Shown here: in pieces, positions 1 through 12,724 of the stretch
Numbering within the stretch: position 1 is the first letter of the stretch
Layout: each line of letters begins with the position of its first letter
Origin: Narcine bancroftii
Taxonomy: Eukaryota
Direction: 5' to 3'
DNA: 64,000 nucleotides
Assembly (NCBI RefSeq): GCF_036971445.1
Contig: NC_091476.1
Span: forward strand, 75,206,001-75,270,000
Position numbers and translations under genes: made by a program
Notes under the pieces: model-generated
What the model was told of the DNA's origin: nothing
The model's input: only the letters and a program-made list of their open reading frames with translations
Database searches by the model: none

Positions 1-297
1 ATTTGGAATGATTGACAGACGAAATTTGGAATGATTGACAGGCGAGATTCGGAATTGACAGGTATAGGGGAATTTGCTACTCTTTTCCCACAGCCGGGAT
101 TCCTGCATATTGTTCTGACCCCCTGTTCTGGAGAAACATCTGCTGAACAATCGTGCTCCCTGAGGGCCATGGGGAATGAGTCCCAGACTACCTGCCATTC
201 CCAGTGTGCCAGAATGCTGGCGTTTCCTCTCCTGGAGACCTTGGACATCAGCCTGAGCTGCTAAGGGGTCAGAACTGAGACCGCCCCTGGATCTCAC

Positions 298-1258
298 ATT
301 TTTTCCTTGCACAGGTCACACCGGTTCCTTTATGTCTGGCCGTCAGTGCCGCAGACAGGACGCAGTTCCTTCACACAGATCATGGTGTAGTTGCAGTCTG
401 CCTGTAGCAGAGGGACAAACAGGGTCAGCTACAACCAACTTCCCACCATCCAATCCAAATGCCCCGGGGAACCTTTAAGCCCAGACCGACCTCTCCCTGG
501 GGAACCTTTAACTCCAGACCAACCTCTCCCTAGGGAAACCTTTAACCCCAGTCTGACCTCTCCCTGGGAATATTTTAACTATGTTACTCAACGGCCAGGA
601 GAAGTTGTGAATACTAGCAGCCATGTAGAATTCTGAGAGAGAGAGGGTGAGAGAGGGAGAGGGGGAGAGAGGTAGGGAGGGTGGGAGAGGGGGAGAGAAA
701 GAGAGGGAGGGAGGAAGGGAACCAGCACCTGTTATTGAGGCGTCTGAGATTGATTGCTCCTTGAGTAGGTCTGATTACCAGCTGGAGGTCCCTCCGTCAG
801 AGTGTCAAGGCAGGGGTAAGGCCATTCAACCCCTCCCTCTGCTCCACACCCTGTCACGATTATTCCTAGGTCATTTTCCACCACACCCTTTAGCATTACA
901 GCCTACACTGAGGGAGGGCATTTCCACATCCCTCTGAGGTGGGTGAGTTTAACCGGGTGGGGAGGGGAAGGTACTTTGCTCCCTCCCCTCTCCCCGGCCC
1001 AGTCTGGGCAGTTTTAAGGATGGGCTGGTAATGCCAGCCCTTGGGATCGGTGACACGTGGCCCTGACAGAAATCCTCGGGGGGTGGGGTGAACGTCGTCC
1101 CACTCTCCGTTCAAATGGGGCCGACTCCTGCTCCCAGCCGTCAGCCTCCACCGGGCGGGTGTGTCCCCGGGCCGGGTTGCTAACAAGAGGGTTTGGCAGT
1201 ACTTGCCCAGCAGGAGAAGTGCGAGGGAGATGGTGAGGAGAGGCCTGGGCAACTCCAT
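298..1258 (-). pseudogene. Kazal-type serine protease inhibitor (SPINK-like) pseudogene: exons 1207-1258, 592-632, 298-401
   Basis: Exon 1 is signal peptide MELPRPLLTISLALLLL(E), phase 1, donor gcaagt. Exon 2 is 41 bp after a ctctctctcag acceptor, with donor ttgagt (broken gtgagt). Exon 3 reads ADCNYTMICVKELRPVCGTDGQT*RNRCDLCKEK, a Kazal motif with TAA at 330-332 replacing the conserved Tyr. Exon phases 1/0/2 match SPINK gene structure. Confidence 0.8.
460..570. repeat. ~33-bp minisatellite (CTCCCTGGGGAACCTTTAACCCCAGACCGACCT-like), 3-4 copies
   Basis: Visible direct repeats. Confidence 0.7.
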
Positions 1259-1489
1259 GGTGCAGGCAGAGCTGGCAGGAATATGGTCCCTGAATGTCCC
1301 CATTGTTCTCCGGCCGTTGTGACCTCGACTGTTATCCTCTCTCTCTTCCCCCCCTCCCCCCCCACCCAAGTGGAGAGGAATGACACCAGCCACCACACAC
1401 AGGCTCGGTCTCCTGCCCTTGGAGTCAGTGTTTTGCCCTGATTAGCCTCCCCCCCCCACTTACCATCGAGTAGAACCTGAACCTTCCAA

Positions 1490-3495
1490 ATCGGTTAGGC
1501 AACGCTCTTACAGCGACCAGGGCCGGTGTTCGAATCCACGCTGTCTGTGAGGAGTTTGTACACTCTCCCCGTGTCTGTCTGGGTACCTTGCTGACAGGTC
1601 TGCTCACGTTCAGACTGAAACCACCCGCAAATCGGAGGAGCAGCACCCCATCTTCTGTCCAGGCCCCCTCCAATCGGACGGCATTAACGTCAACTGCTCT
1701 GGCTTCTATTAACACCCCCCCGCCCCCCCCCCCCACAGCTCTGTCTCTCTCCCCTTTTTCCCGTCTCCTTTCCCAGAGCCAAAATCAACTCTCACCTCTC
1801 CTCTTATTATATCCAATTAACACCTTTTGTTGTCCCGGCCGGTCTTTTTTCTGACGTCAGTGAACATGCAAACTCCTCACAGACAGTGCTGGATTCGAAC
1901 CCTGGGGCACTGTTAGCGGTCCATTTAATATGGGAATGGGGTGGAATTTCTCCACCTCAAGAGGGTAACGGGCTTTTGGACCCCCCTCATTCTTGGATGG
2001 TGGGGTGGGGGGGGGAAACAGAGTTTTGATTAGTCGAGGGCGATTAATGATTGAAAAGTGAGGGGGGTGAAAGGTCACCTGGGGCAAGGTCTCATTGGCT
2101 TCCCGAGATGAGAGCCCTCCTCCTGCTCGATGTCCACGTGATAAACTCTTCCCACTTTCTGTAGTTTTCCCAGAAGAGCCAGCCGGGATGGCGAGAGCCT
2201 GGACTCATTCCCCACCTGCTTGGAACTGGGGTGCCATTTTCTCTTCATCTCCCCAAACCTCTGCAACCCCTCCTCTCTCTCTCCCCCACTCATCAGCTCC
2301 CCGTTTGATATAGAAATCCTGGATGAACTCAGCCAGATTCACAACTTCCACGGGTGGTAAAGATCTATCCCTGACGCTCTGGGCCTGAGCCCTTCCTCGA
2401 GTGGGAGGGGTCCAGACCATTCTCTCCCCACTCTTTAATTCAGATTCCTTCCTGGGCTTTGCTTATATAGTGAACAGCATGGTTGGTGTAGCAGTTTGCG
2501 CAACACCATTACAGTGCCAGCGATGGGGACCAGGGTTCAAGCCCCGTGCTATCTGTAAGGAGTTTGCATGCTCTCCCCGAGTCTGCATGGGGAATTCCCC
2601 CCCCCCCCCCCCCCAGGGCTACAGTTCAAAACCTACTGGGATTGTAGGTTAATGGGGTGTAAATTGGGCAGTGCGGGCCTGTTACCGTGCTGTATGTCTA
2701 CATGTAAATCAGAGGTGGTCGTTAGCGCCATTACAGCACCAGCGACCCAGGTTCGAATCTGCCGCTGTCTTTAAGGAGTTTCTCCCCGTGTCTGCGAGGC
2801 TTTCATCTGGGCACGCCAGTTTCCTCTCACCGTTCCCGAGACATACCGGGGGGGTCAATACATTAATTGGTCATGGGTATATTTGGGCAGCACGGGCTTG
2901 TGGGCTGAGGCCCAAAATGTCAGTAGTATACCTTTACCTCCTACTGAGTTCCTTCAGCATTTTACGGCAATCACAGCGTCTTTGGTGTTTCACCCCTTTG
3001 GATACATTCATCGCCAATCTCGCACAGCATGGGGTGGGATTTATTGTGGCCGGTTAAACCAGTAACCCCTCCGCTCCTTTGGGAGGTGAGAAGAGTCTGG
3101 AGGACACTCAAGGAACAGGGGAGGGGTGGTGATGAATCCATGCGTTCGCAAGCCGAATGTGCAAACTCCACACAGACAGTGGATCGAACCCACGCCTCCG
3201 TGAGGTAGCAGCACTGACCACTGCCCCTTGTTGGTGTACAAGATTCTGATGGGTGTAGACGGAGTAAATGTATGTCGGCTTTTCTCACTGAGGGTCAGTG
3301 AGATACAAACCAGAGGACGTGGGTTAAGGGGAAAGGTTTAGGGGGAACATTAACAGCAGCACGGCACCAGCAACCAGGGGTCCGAGTCCTGCGCTGTCTG
3401 TAAGGAGTTTGTACGTTCTCCCTATGTCTGCGAGGGTTTCCCCTAGGGGCTCGTGGGCCAAAAGAGCTTGTTACTGTGCTGTAGATCTAAATTAA
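1490..3495. mobile_element. Cluster of tRNA-derived V-SINE (HE1-like) copies plus Penelope-like and CR1 fragments
   Basis: Recurrent GGTTAGCG..GGTTCGAATCC box A/B followed by GTAAGGAGTTTGTACGTTCTCCCCGTGTCTGC core at ~1490, 1860(-), 2480, 2715, 3000-3215(-), 3355. Confidence 0.75.
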
Positions 3496-3937
3496 ATGAG
3501 GTAGAATCTCATCATGGGAGTGTGGAACCAGCTGAAATGGTGAACGTGGTCTCAATTTTAACATTAATAGGTACGTGGATGGGAGGGATATGGACTGGGT
3601 GCAGGTCATCCCAGCACTGGGATGAGGGCAAATAATAGTTCAGGGCCCGTTTCTGGTTTGTAATGTTTTAGGGTGGGTGAGCTTCTGTCCCATGCACTCT
3701 GCAGTCTTCTATTCCCAGGACATCCGGCACAGCTGCCCCCAAGGAAGGGCAGATGGAATCCAAGTCGGGAGCCTCCCAGAGCCAGCATCTCCAACCGGCT
3801 TTTCCAATCCTGGGGTCAATGATGGGGCAGAATTGATGGGCCAGACAGCAGTGGTGCACTGTAACTGTGTGGCACGCCACAGTGGAAATGGTCATGTTTT
3901 CAAACATATTTAGCACCTCGTACTAGGAGAAATGTCA

Positions 3938-3943
3938 TTTATT
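3938..3943 (-). terminator. NAA40: Probable NAA40 polyadenylation signal AATAAA
   Basis: AATAAA on the minus strand ~390 nt after the stop, within unique AT-rich 3'UTR-like sequence. Confidence 0.55.
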
Positions 3944-4328
3944 TAAAAATTGAACAAAATCTGTTCAAGTGTCTTGTCAACTTATTTTGCTGGTTTTGAA
4001 GAAATCTTCCTCCTTCCTGTAGAAAAAAAAGGCAAGGCTTTTTCTTTAGAGAACGAGCCATTTCGAGTACGAGCCATTTCGAGTTATGTCCGACATGATG
4101 TCCAGATTTGCAGTGAGATTCAACATCCCCACCCCCTCCCCTCCAACCAGGGGTAGACTCGACCAGGTCCGGCAGTGAGAGGCTTCACAGTAAACGCATC
4201 GACGGGAGAACAAAACCTTTATAAAACAAAAGCTATCTGCTATTCTCTACACTCATGTAATTCCCACCTCCCTGCATAGTGGTGGCAGGGAAGGGAAGGT
4301 GGGAGAGCGTTGGAGGGCAGGCTGCACC

Positions 4329-4470
4329 TCAGTGACAGCAGCCCCCGCAGTGCGGACCCCCATGAAGGTGGGAATGCTCCCCGTACTTGGTTCTCCGGCT
4401 TAGGATCTCGTAGGAGCAGTCGTCCGTGCAGCACCCGCTGAGGCTGGGTGAGGACTCATCGATGTCAAAC
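4329..4470 (-). CDS. NAA40: N-alpha-acetyltransferase 40 (NatD), exon 8 (last)
   Basis: cag acceptor; [46 protein letters not shown], matching the vertebrate NAA40 C-terminus. Confidence 0.96.
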
Positions 4471-4744
4471 CTGTGGGGGAGGTAAGAAGAGGGTCAGGAG
4501 GGGTGGTGGGGGTGGAGAGGCCAGGAGCCTCTGGCAAGGAGCCCCAAATCCCAGTGACCTGCTGCACGGACCAGGAGATGGCAGCAGAAGGCAGCACGAG
4601 CCTTCCAGTAAGAGCAGGGCAGATTTTATGGTCACCCCCCCCCCCCCCGCATCCCCACCACCCCTCTCCGCATCCCCACCACCCCTCTTTCCGCATCCCC
4701 ACTCTCCCTCTCTCTGCCCACTGCCCCTCCCCAATGTACAGACG

Positions 4745-4955
4745 TGTAGATGTACAGCACGGTAACAGCCCCTTCCAGCCCATGAGCCCATGCTGTCCAG
4801 TTACACCCCATTTACGTATGCTTTGAAGGGTGGGAGGAATCCGGAGCCCCTGGGGAAAACCCATGCAGACATGGGGAGAATGTGCAAACTCCTCACAGAC
4901 AGCGTGGGATTTGAATCCCGGTCCCAATCACTGGCGCTGTAACAACATTGCACTA
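4745..4955 (-). mobile_element. V-SINE (HE1-like)
   Basis: Same SINE core in reverse orientation. Confidence 0.7.
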
Positions 4956-5264
4956 CCTCCACCTTTAAATATCCTTCCACCCCCCACTTCCAGCAAGGGT
5001 TCCAAACACTCGTGACCATCGGGGAGGCTTTGTATCATCTTTTAACCCTTATTTTTAAACGGAAGTCTCCTGGTTCTAGGTTCTCCCACCAGAAGAAACA
5101 TTCTCTCCCTGCCCAGACCTCTTGGAAACTTCGGTTTCAATCAACCTTCTCTGAACTGCATCCTTCTGTCAACCAGGAGACCAAAACTGTCCGAGGTACC
5201 CCAGATCTCAACCTCTCCTTGTCTAACAGCCTTACTTTTCTATTGGATTCCCTTTGCGACAGTC

Positions 5265-5870
5265 ACTGTAACAGTGGCGTTGCTGCGGACCGGGGGGTGG
5301 GGGCAAGGAACAGAGACACAGCGTGCCCATGTGTTCCAACGCCCAGATGGACTGACAATGGCTTAAAATGGCCCATTAAAGGAGCTGACAATGGTTTAAA
5401 ATCCTGCAACCGGGGGGTCTAGACCCAAGATGGCAGCAGCCACGGGGGTGGGGGGGGGGGGGTGGGGTGGGGGGTTGCAGACTCTGCCAGAGCAGCAGAT
5501 TGGTGCAGGGGCCCTGAAAATGGGTAGACCACAAGGAGACAGCCCGCAGGACGGTGATCATGGCGGCAGACCAGCGAAGGCTGTGAGGCGGTGGGCTGCT
5601 GGCAAGGAGCCCATGCAGACCGCAGGCGGGGGACTCACGCCGGGCCGCGGTCTGCTGGAGACTGGCTGAAGGGGTATCAGGTGTCGGATCCGTGATGCGA
5701 GAGGATGCCGGGGGGTGGGTGGGGGGGCTTGAAGGGGTTCTGATCGAGTTGAAGGTTCACACATCTGGAGCGCGGGCTGCTGATGGTGTGGACTGCAAGG
5801 GCCGCCTTAGGGTAGACAAAAACAAATTCCATGTGATATTGCTCAGTACTTAACAATAAACTGAATCTTG
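5265..5870 (+). mobile_element. Non-autonomous retroelement with Rex1-like 3' tail
   Basis: GC-rich body ending AATAAACTGAATCTTGA, a tail type shared with the Rex1-like copies in the window. Confidence 0.45.
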
Positions 5871-6344
5871 AGAGTTCATGGAGAGGCCAGGAGAATAGGT
5901 TACAGAGAAATGAGGGTATTAGGATGAGCTGAGAGCATGGATTCAATGGGCTGAACAGCCTCAACAATGCTGGAAGTAAAAAATCAGACACAAATACCAG
6001 TGGCTCCCCAAGAGTAGTGCCGAGACCTGTGCATTTTCCCCAAAAGCTGCCACACAGGTGGACAGGTGAGCAATCGACACGCTTGTCTTCACCGGTCGGG
6101 ACACCGAGTCCAGGAGCAGGGACATCCTGTTACAACTGTACAAGACGTGGGCGAGACTGCCCCTTGGCATGCGTAGATCTGGTCACCCAGCGACAGGAAG
6201 GAGGATGTCATTGGGGCTGGAAAGGACGCAGAAAAGAGTTGCGAGGATATTACTGGGTCCAGAGGCCAGTGGTGGATCGGCTGGGGACATGGTTACAGCG
6301 TCAGCGACCTGGGTTCGAGACGGCAGGGTCCATAAAGAGTAAAA

Positions 6345-6562
6345 AACACGACGTTGGAGACACTCAGCTTGGTCACACAGTGAACTTTATACAGCAAAGA
6401 TAAAGATACAGAACCAATGTTTCAGGCTTGAGCCCTTCAAGGGATGAGCAAAATGTCGACGGGCACCCACTGCTCGAATCTAGATGAAGGGCTCAAGGGC
6501 GAAACGTTTCTGTATCTTTATCTTTGCTACTGTTTGACCCGCTGAGCTTCTCCAGATTTTCG
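6345..6562. mobile_element. Inverted pair of Penelope-like terminal fragments
   Basis: 6345-6440 and 6483-6562 are imperfect reverse complements; both carry GAAGGGCTCAAG-C-GAAAC. Confidence 0.65.
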
Positions 6563-6571
6563 TGATTATTC

Positions 6572-9500
6572 GTAATTATTGGGGACTCCATTGTCAGGGG
6601 TACAGACAGGAGGTTCTGTGAGCCAGATAAGTATACCCGCATGGTGTGCTGCCTCCCTGGTGCAAGGGAGATATCACAAATCGGATCCAAAATATTCTGA
6701 GAGGAGAGGGAGAGCAGGCTGATGTCCTGGTACATGTGGGTACAAACGACATTGACAAGAAAAGGGAGGAGGTAATGAAAAGGGATTACAGTGAGCTGGG
6801 ACGAAAGCTGAAAGACAGGAGCGCTAGGGTGGTGATCTTGGGATTACTACCTGTTCCAAATGCAAGTGATGAAAAGAATGTAAGGATAAGGAAAATGCAC
6901 ATGTGGCTGAGGGGCTGGTGTACAAGGCAAGGATTCGGCTTCTTGGATCATTGGGATCTCTTTTGGGAAAGGCATGATCTTTACAAGAAGGACGAGTTGC
7001 ACCTAAATCCAAAAGGTGTTAACATTTTGGCAAGTATGTTTGGTACAGCAGTGGGGCAAGGTTTAAACTAATTTGGCAGGGGTATGGGAACCATAGTGAT
7101 AGGGAAAAGGGTAGGGAAGATAAAGTAATGTCCAGGAAAAGTAAAATAGGAAAAGTAATGTTGGGAGGAGAAAGTAAAAAATCAGATGGTGCAGTGAGTT
7201 CTCGGGTCAATGATAGTGTTAAGAAAATTACAAAGAAAAATAGTGGGCAGAAAAATCAAAAGAAAAGGTTACAGAAATCACTAGATATAAGGGCACTTTA
7301 TCTGAATGCCCGCAGTATTAGAAATAAGGTTAGTGAACTTGAGGCGCAAATCGGTACCCATGCCTATGATTTGGTAGCCATCACGGAAACATGGCTACAA
7401 GGTGACCCTAAATGGTAATTAAACTTTCAAGGGTATCAGGTGGTGCAAAGAGATAGACAGGATGGTAAGGGAGGTGGAGTTGCACTCTTAATCAAAGATG
7501 AGCTCCAGGCAGTAGTGAGGGATGATATAAGATCTAAAGAGTATAATGTTGAGTCCATTTGGGTAGAGATAAAGAATAAGAAAGTGAAAAAATTATTGGT
7601 GGGTGTTATCTATCGCCCACCAAATAACAATAATTTAGTGGCACAGGAAATAAATAGAGAGATAAGTGAGGCATGTAATAATGATACGGCAGTAGTCATG
7701 GGGGACTCTAACTTCCACATAGATTGGGAAAATCAAGTTGGTCGTGGGAGTCTGGAAGAGGACTTCATAGAATGCATCCCCGATAGCTTTCTTGAGCAGC
7801 ATGTTAAGGAACCAACAAGAGAAAATGCTCTCCTGGATCTAGTGTTGTGCAATGAGATAGGTAGAGTGAATGATGTAATAGTCAGAGACCATCTGGGAAA
7901 TAGCGATCATAGTTTGACTGAATTTCTCATTCAGATGGAAGGGGAAATAGTTAGATCTAAAACTAATATATTATGCTTAAACAGGGGTGACTACCATAGG
8001 ATGAGGGAGGAATTGGGCAGAGTGGACTGGGAGCACAGGCTAATTGATGAAACAGTTGAGGAACAGTGGAAGATTTTCAAAGAAATATTTTGTAATGCTC
8101 AACAAAAATATATTCCGGTCAGGAAAAAGGGCAGCAAGAGAGGGAAACAAAAAGTTTGGTTAACAAAAGAAATAAAGGAGAGTATAAAATTGAAGGCGCA
8201 GGTGTACAAAGCTGCAAAGAGCAGTGGGAAACTGGAAGATTGGGAAAACTTTAAGAGACAACAAGGGGTTACAAACCGGGTAATAAGAAATGGGGAAAAA
8301 GGATTATGAAAGTAAATTGGCACAAAATATAAAAACAGAAAGCAAAAAATTTTATAAATATATAAAATGGAAGAGAGTGGCCAGAGTTAACATAGGACCC
8401 TTGGAGGATGAAAAAGGAAAACTGGTAGCAAAAATTGAGGAAATGGCCGAGGCATTAAACAAATATTTTGTGTCAGTCTTTACAGTAGAAGACACGTCCA
8501 GCATGCCCAAGTGCAGAGTTAAGGATGCGAATGTTGGGGAGGGCCTTGATAAAATAGTTGCTACAAAGGAAGTAGTGATGGAGAAACTAATGGGACTAAA
8601 GCCAGACAAATCACCTGGTCCTGATGATATGCATCCAAGGGTTCTGAAGGAAATGGCAGAAGTTATAGTTGATGCATTGGTGGTCATATACCAAAATTCC
8701 TTGGATTCTGGGCAGGTCCCGGCAGACTGGAAGACAGCAAATGTCACGCCACTTTTTAAGAAGGGATGTAGGCAGAAGACTGGAAATTATCGGCCAATTA
8801 GCTTGACGTCTGTAGTTGGAAAAATGCTTGAAGCCATCATTAAAGATGAAATAGTGAAACTTTTGGAACGTAGGGGTTCAATCAGGCAGACGCAGCATGG
8901 TTTTAGAAAGGGAAGATCTTGTTTGACAAACTTGTTAGGATTCTTTGAGGATATAATGGGTGCGGTAGATAGAGGGGAACAGGTTGATGTTGTATATTTG
9001 GATTTCCAGAAAGCATTTGATAAGGTGCCGCACAAGAGACTTCTCAGTAAGTTACAGGAAAGTAGAGTCCGGGGAAGTATATTGGCCTGGATTGAAAATT
9101 GGTTGTCTGACAGGAGGCAGAGAGTCGGGATAAATGGGAGTTTTTCAGTGGTAAGTGGGGTGCCGCAGGGATCAGTGTTAGGCCCACAACTGTTTATCAT
9201 TTACATTGATGACTTGGAGGAGGGGACAAAATGTGGTGTAGCCAAGTTTGCGGATGACACCAAATTGAGTGGAAGAGCAAATTGTAATGAGGATGTGGAG
9301 AGTCTGCAGAGGGATATAGTTAAGCTGGATGAGTGGGCAAAGGTCTGGCAGATGGAGTACAATGTTAGTAAGTGTGAGGTTATCCACTTTGGCAAGAAAA
9401 ATAAAAGAGCTGAATATTATTTAAAGGGTGAAAAACTACAGCATGCTGTTGTGCAGAGGGACTTGGGAGTGCTTGTGCATGAATCGCAAAAAGTTAGGTT

Positions 9501-10182
9501 GCAGGTGCAGCAGGTTATTAAGAAGGCAAATGGAATGTTGGCCTTCATCGCTAGAGGAATTGAATTCAGGAGTAGGGAGGTAATGTTGCAATTGTATAAG
9601 GTACTGGTGAGACCGCACCTGGAGTACTGTGTCCAGTTCTGGTCTCCATATTTGAGGAAGGATATACTAGCTTTGGAGACGGTCCAGAGGAGGTTTACTA
9701 AATTGATCCCGGGGATGAAGGGGTGGACTTATGATGAAAGATTAAATCGTCTAGGATTGTATTCGCTCGAGTTCAGAAGAATGAGAGGAGATCTTATAGA
9801 AACATAGGATTATGAAGGGTATGGATAGGATAGATGTAGGAAGGTTTTTTGAGCTGGCCAGGGAAACTAAAACGAGAGGACACAGTCTCAAGATTCGGGG
9901 GAGTAGATTTAGGACAGAGATGAGGAAAAATAGTTTTTCCCAGAGAGTAGTGAATGTTTGGAATTCTCTAACCAGGGAAGTGGTTGAGGCTGCCTCATTA
10001 AACATATTTAAAATGCGGTTAGATAAATTTTTACATGATAGAGGAATTAGGGGATATGGGGAGAAGGCAGGTAGGTGGAGATAGGTCATAAATTAGATCA
10101 GCCATGATCGTATTGAATGGCGGAGCAGGCTTGATGGGCCATTTTTGGCCTACTCCTGTTCCTACTTCCTATGTTCCTATGT
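6572..10182 (+). mobile_element. Near-full-length CR1 LINE (5'-truncated in ORF1), degenerate, in NAA40 intron 7
   Basis: ORF1 SGNH esterase (GDSIV..VHVGTNDI); ORF2 AP endonuclease (YLNARSI, ITETW, SDH) and RT (QHGF, GVPQGSVLGP, FADD). Stop at 7416-7418, frameshifts ~8300 and ~9807, 3' tail TTCCTATG repeats. Confidence 0.95.
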
Positions 10183-10189
10183 ATTCCCA

Positions 10190-10910
10190 CTCATGCCCAC
10201 TGCTGGCCTTCTCCCCATAACCTGGCTAATCAAGAACCTGTCGATCTCTGCCTTAAATACACCCAATGACCCGGCCTCCAGATTCACCGCCCTCCCGCTG
10301 AAGAAATTCCTCTGCATCTCTGTTCTGAGTGGATGCCCTTCCACCCTGAAGTTGTGCCACCTCTTGTCCCAGACTCTCCCACCATGGAGGAACCACCTTT
10401 CTACATTGACCCCATCTGCGTGTTTTGTCATTCGCCTGAATTCCAACGTATACAGGCCGAGAGCTGTCAAACTGGAGAACTGTGGACAGTTTTGGGCGCC
10501 ATATTTGAGAATGGATGTGAGGGTTCAGAGAAGATTTACGAGAATGATACCAGGAATGAAAGGATCAGTGTATGAGGAACGACTGTCAGCTCTTGGACTG
10601 GACTCACTGGGGTACAGAGGGATTGGGGGGGGCAACGTCATCGAGGCATTTTGAACAGTGAGTTGATGTGGTAAGGATGTTTCCCGTGGTCGGAATTGGG
10701 ACAACTTCAGGATAAAAAGGCATCAATTTAAATCAGAGACGTGGAGAAATTTCTTCAGGCAGAAGGTCGTGAGTCTGTGGAACTTGGTGGCCACGGGCGG
10801 CCGTGGAAATGAGGTCATTGGGGGTATTTAAGGCAGAGATTGACAGGTATGATTAGTCAGGGCATCAAGGGTTACAGGAAGAAAGCTGGGGAGTGGGGCT
10901 GAGCTAGAGG
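10190..10910. mobile_element. CR1 3' fragments in opposite orientations
   Basis: CGQFWAPYLR..RRFTRMIPG and RNFFSGRAVNL motifs. Confidence 0.75.
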
Positions 10911-11087
10911 ATGGCTCTATATATCATGCAGTGTTATGAACCGTTCCTCATATGATAACCCCCCACAATCAGAACCTCCTTCGAATATTCTCTCACATCA
11001 GCGCCTCCTTTCGTAAATGAGCACAAAACGGCTCGCAATATTCCAAAGGGATTGGTGTACACGGTACAGTGTAGAGCACGGACTTAC

Positions 11088-11165
11088 TGCATGGCCTCTC
11101 TGAAGAACTGGAAGGCCCCAATGTTGTGCTTAAATACAGTTAGCATCACCTTCTTCATCTGTGTG
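11088..11165 (-). CDS. NAA40: NAA40 exon 7
   Basis: cag/gtaagt; [25 protein letters not shown], 78 bp. Confidence 0.96.
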
Positions 11166-11239
11166 CTGGGGAGAGAGCAGAGAGTGTCAGCACAGCCGGG
11201 GCCACCTCAGGCATCAGTCTTCACTCCATTAAGTCGCCG

Positions 11240-12530
11240 TTTAATATGATCGTTCCCCAGAGGCTGGTGTAGAACCTATCCTTGCTGGGACTCCACACCC
11301 CTCACTGTAACTGGTTCCTAGACTTCCTAATGGAAAGGCCACGGTCTGTCTGGGTCAGTATTAGTTCCCATGCTGGGAACTGGCGCACACTCGGCCCGCT
11401 CCTGTTCATGCCGCTGACCCACGACGGCATCGCCAGATCCAGCTCCAACAGGGTCATTAAGTTTGTAGATGACACGACAGTCATTGGCCTCGTCATCGAT
11501 GAGTCGCGTGACAGAGGTGAGGTGGAAAATCTCGTGATCTGGTGCTAGAGGAACAACCTGATTCTCAATGTGGACAAGATGAAGGAGATGATCGGGGATT
11601 TCAGGAGAACCAGGGACGACCACTCTCCACTACACATCAACAACTCTGTGGTGGAAAGAGGGGAGACATCAAGTTCCTTGGAGTTCATTTAAATAGTGAC
11701 CGATCATGGACCCTTAACATCTCCTCACTCGTCAGGAAGGTGCAACAGGGACTGCACTTCCTGAGAAGACTGAGTCGGGCGTCAACCTTCTACAGGAGCT
11801 ATATCGAGAGCGTCCTGGCCGGCTGCATCACAGTGGTACGGTGGCTACAGAGAAATGGATGGGAGGTCAATCCACAGAGAGGCAGAGAGGGTCACTGGGG
11901 TCTTCCTTCCCCCACAATGACATGATCTACTGGGATCATTGTCTGAAGAGGGTGCACTTTCAGCTGCTCCCGTCAGGGAAGAAATACAGGAGGATTAGAG
12001 CCAGCACCACCGGGCTGAGGAACAGCTCCTTCCCATGGGCAGGGAGAACGCTGAACGACCAAAGGAACTGCTCACACTCACCCTCCGAGACTCTCATTCA
12101 CAAAACAATAGTTATTTGTACAGATGATATACTTCTCCTGTATTGTTCATCTGTTTGTGTGTTATGTCTTGGTGTGTGTTTGGACCGAGGACGGGAGAAC
12201 GCTGTTTTGTCAGGTTGTTGTTGTACGATCAGATGGCGATAAAGTTGACCTGAAGCACATCTGCACGAAGTGGTGCCTCAAGAAAGCTGCCTCTATCCTC
12301 AAGGACTCCCCAGCACCCAGGCTGTGCCCTCTTCACTTTGCTACCATCGGGAAGGAGGTACAGGAGCCTGAAGACAAGCACCTAGTGGCACAAGGACAGC
12401 TTCTTCCCCTCCGCCCTCAGATTCCTGAACAGGCAACAACCCCACCCCCGTCACGGCCGCGCTTTCTAAAAATCTTATATGTAAATTAATTTTGCACCTA
12501 GTTCGACACAATACTGCAAATTTCATGACA
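11240..12530 (+). mobile_element. Rex1/Babar-like LINE fragments (two 3' ends)
   Basis: LGPLLF..KFVDDTT, KVQQGLHFLRRL, LLPSGKKYRRIRA..RNSSFP motifs. Confidence 0.8.
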
Positions 12531-12724
12531 CGTGTTCACAGAACACTACAGCGCAGTCCAGACCCTTGATGATGTGATGACCCACATATTCCTTAAAAAA
12601 ACTATGAAATCCTCCCTACCCCATAACACTTCATTTCTCTTGCATCCTTGTGCCTGTTCATGAGTCTCTTAAACGCCCCTAATGTTTCAGCATCCAGCAT
12701 CCCTGGTAAGCCATTCTAGGCCCC

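Noticed and set aside
2475-2780. tRNA-like A/B boxes
   Set aside because: They are SINE heads followed by the V-SINE core; no complete cloverleaf
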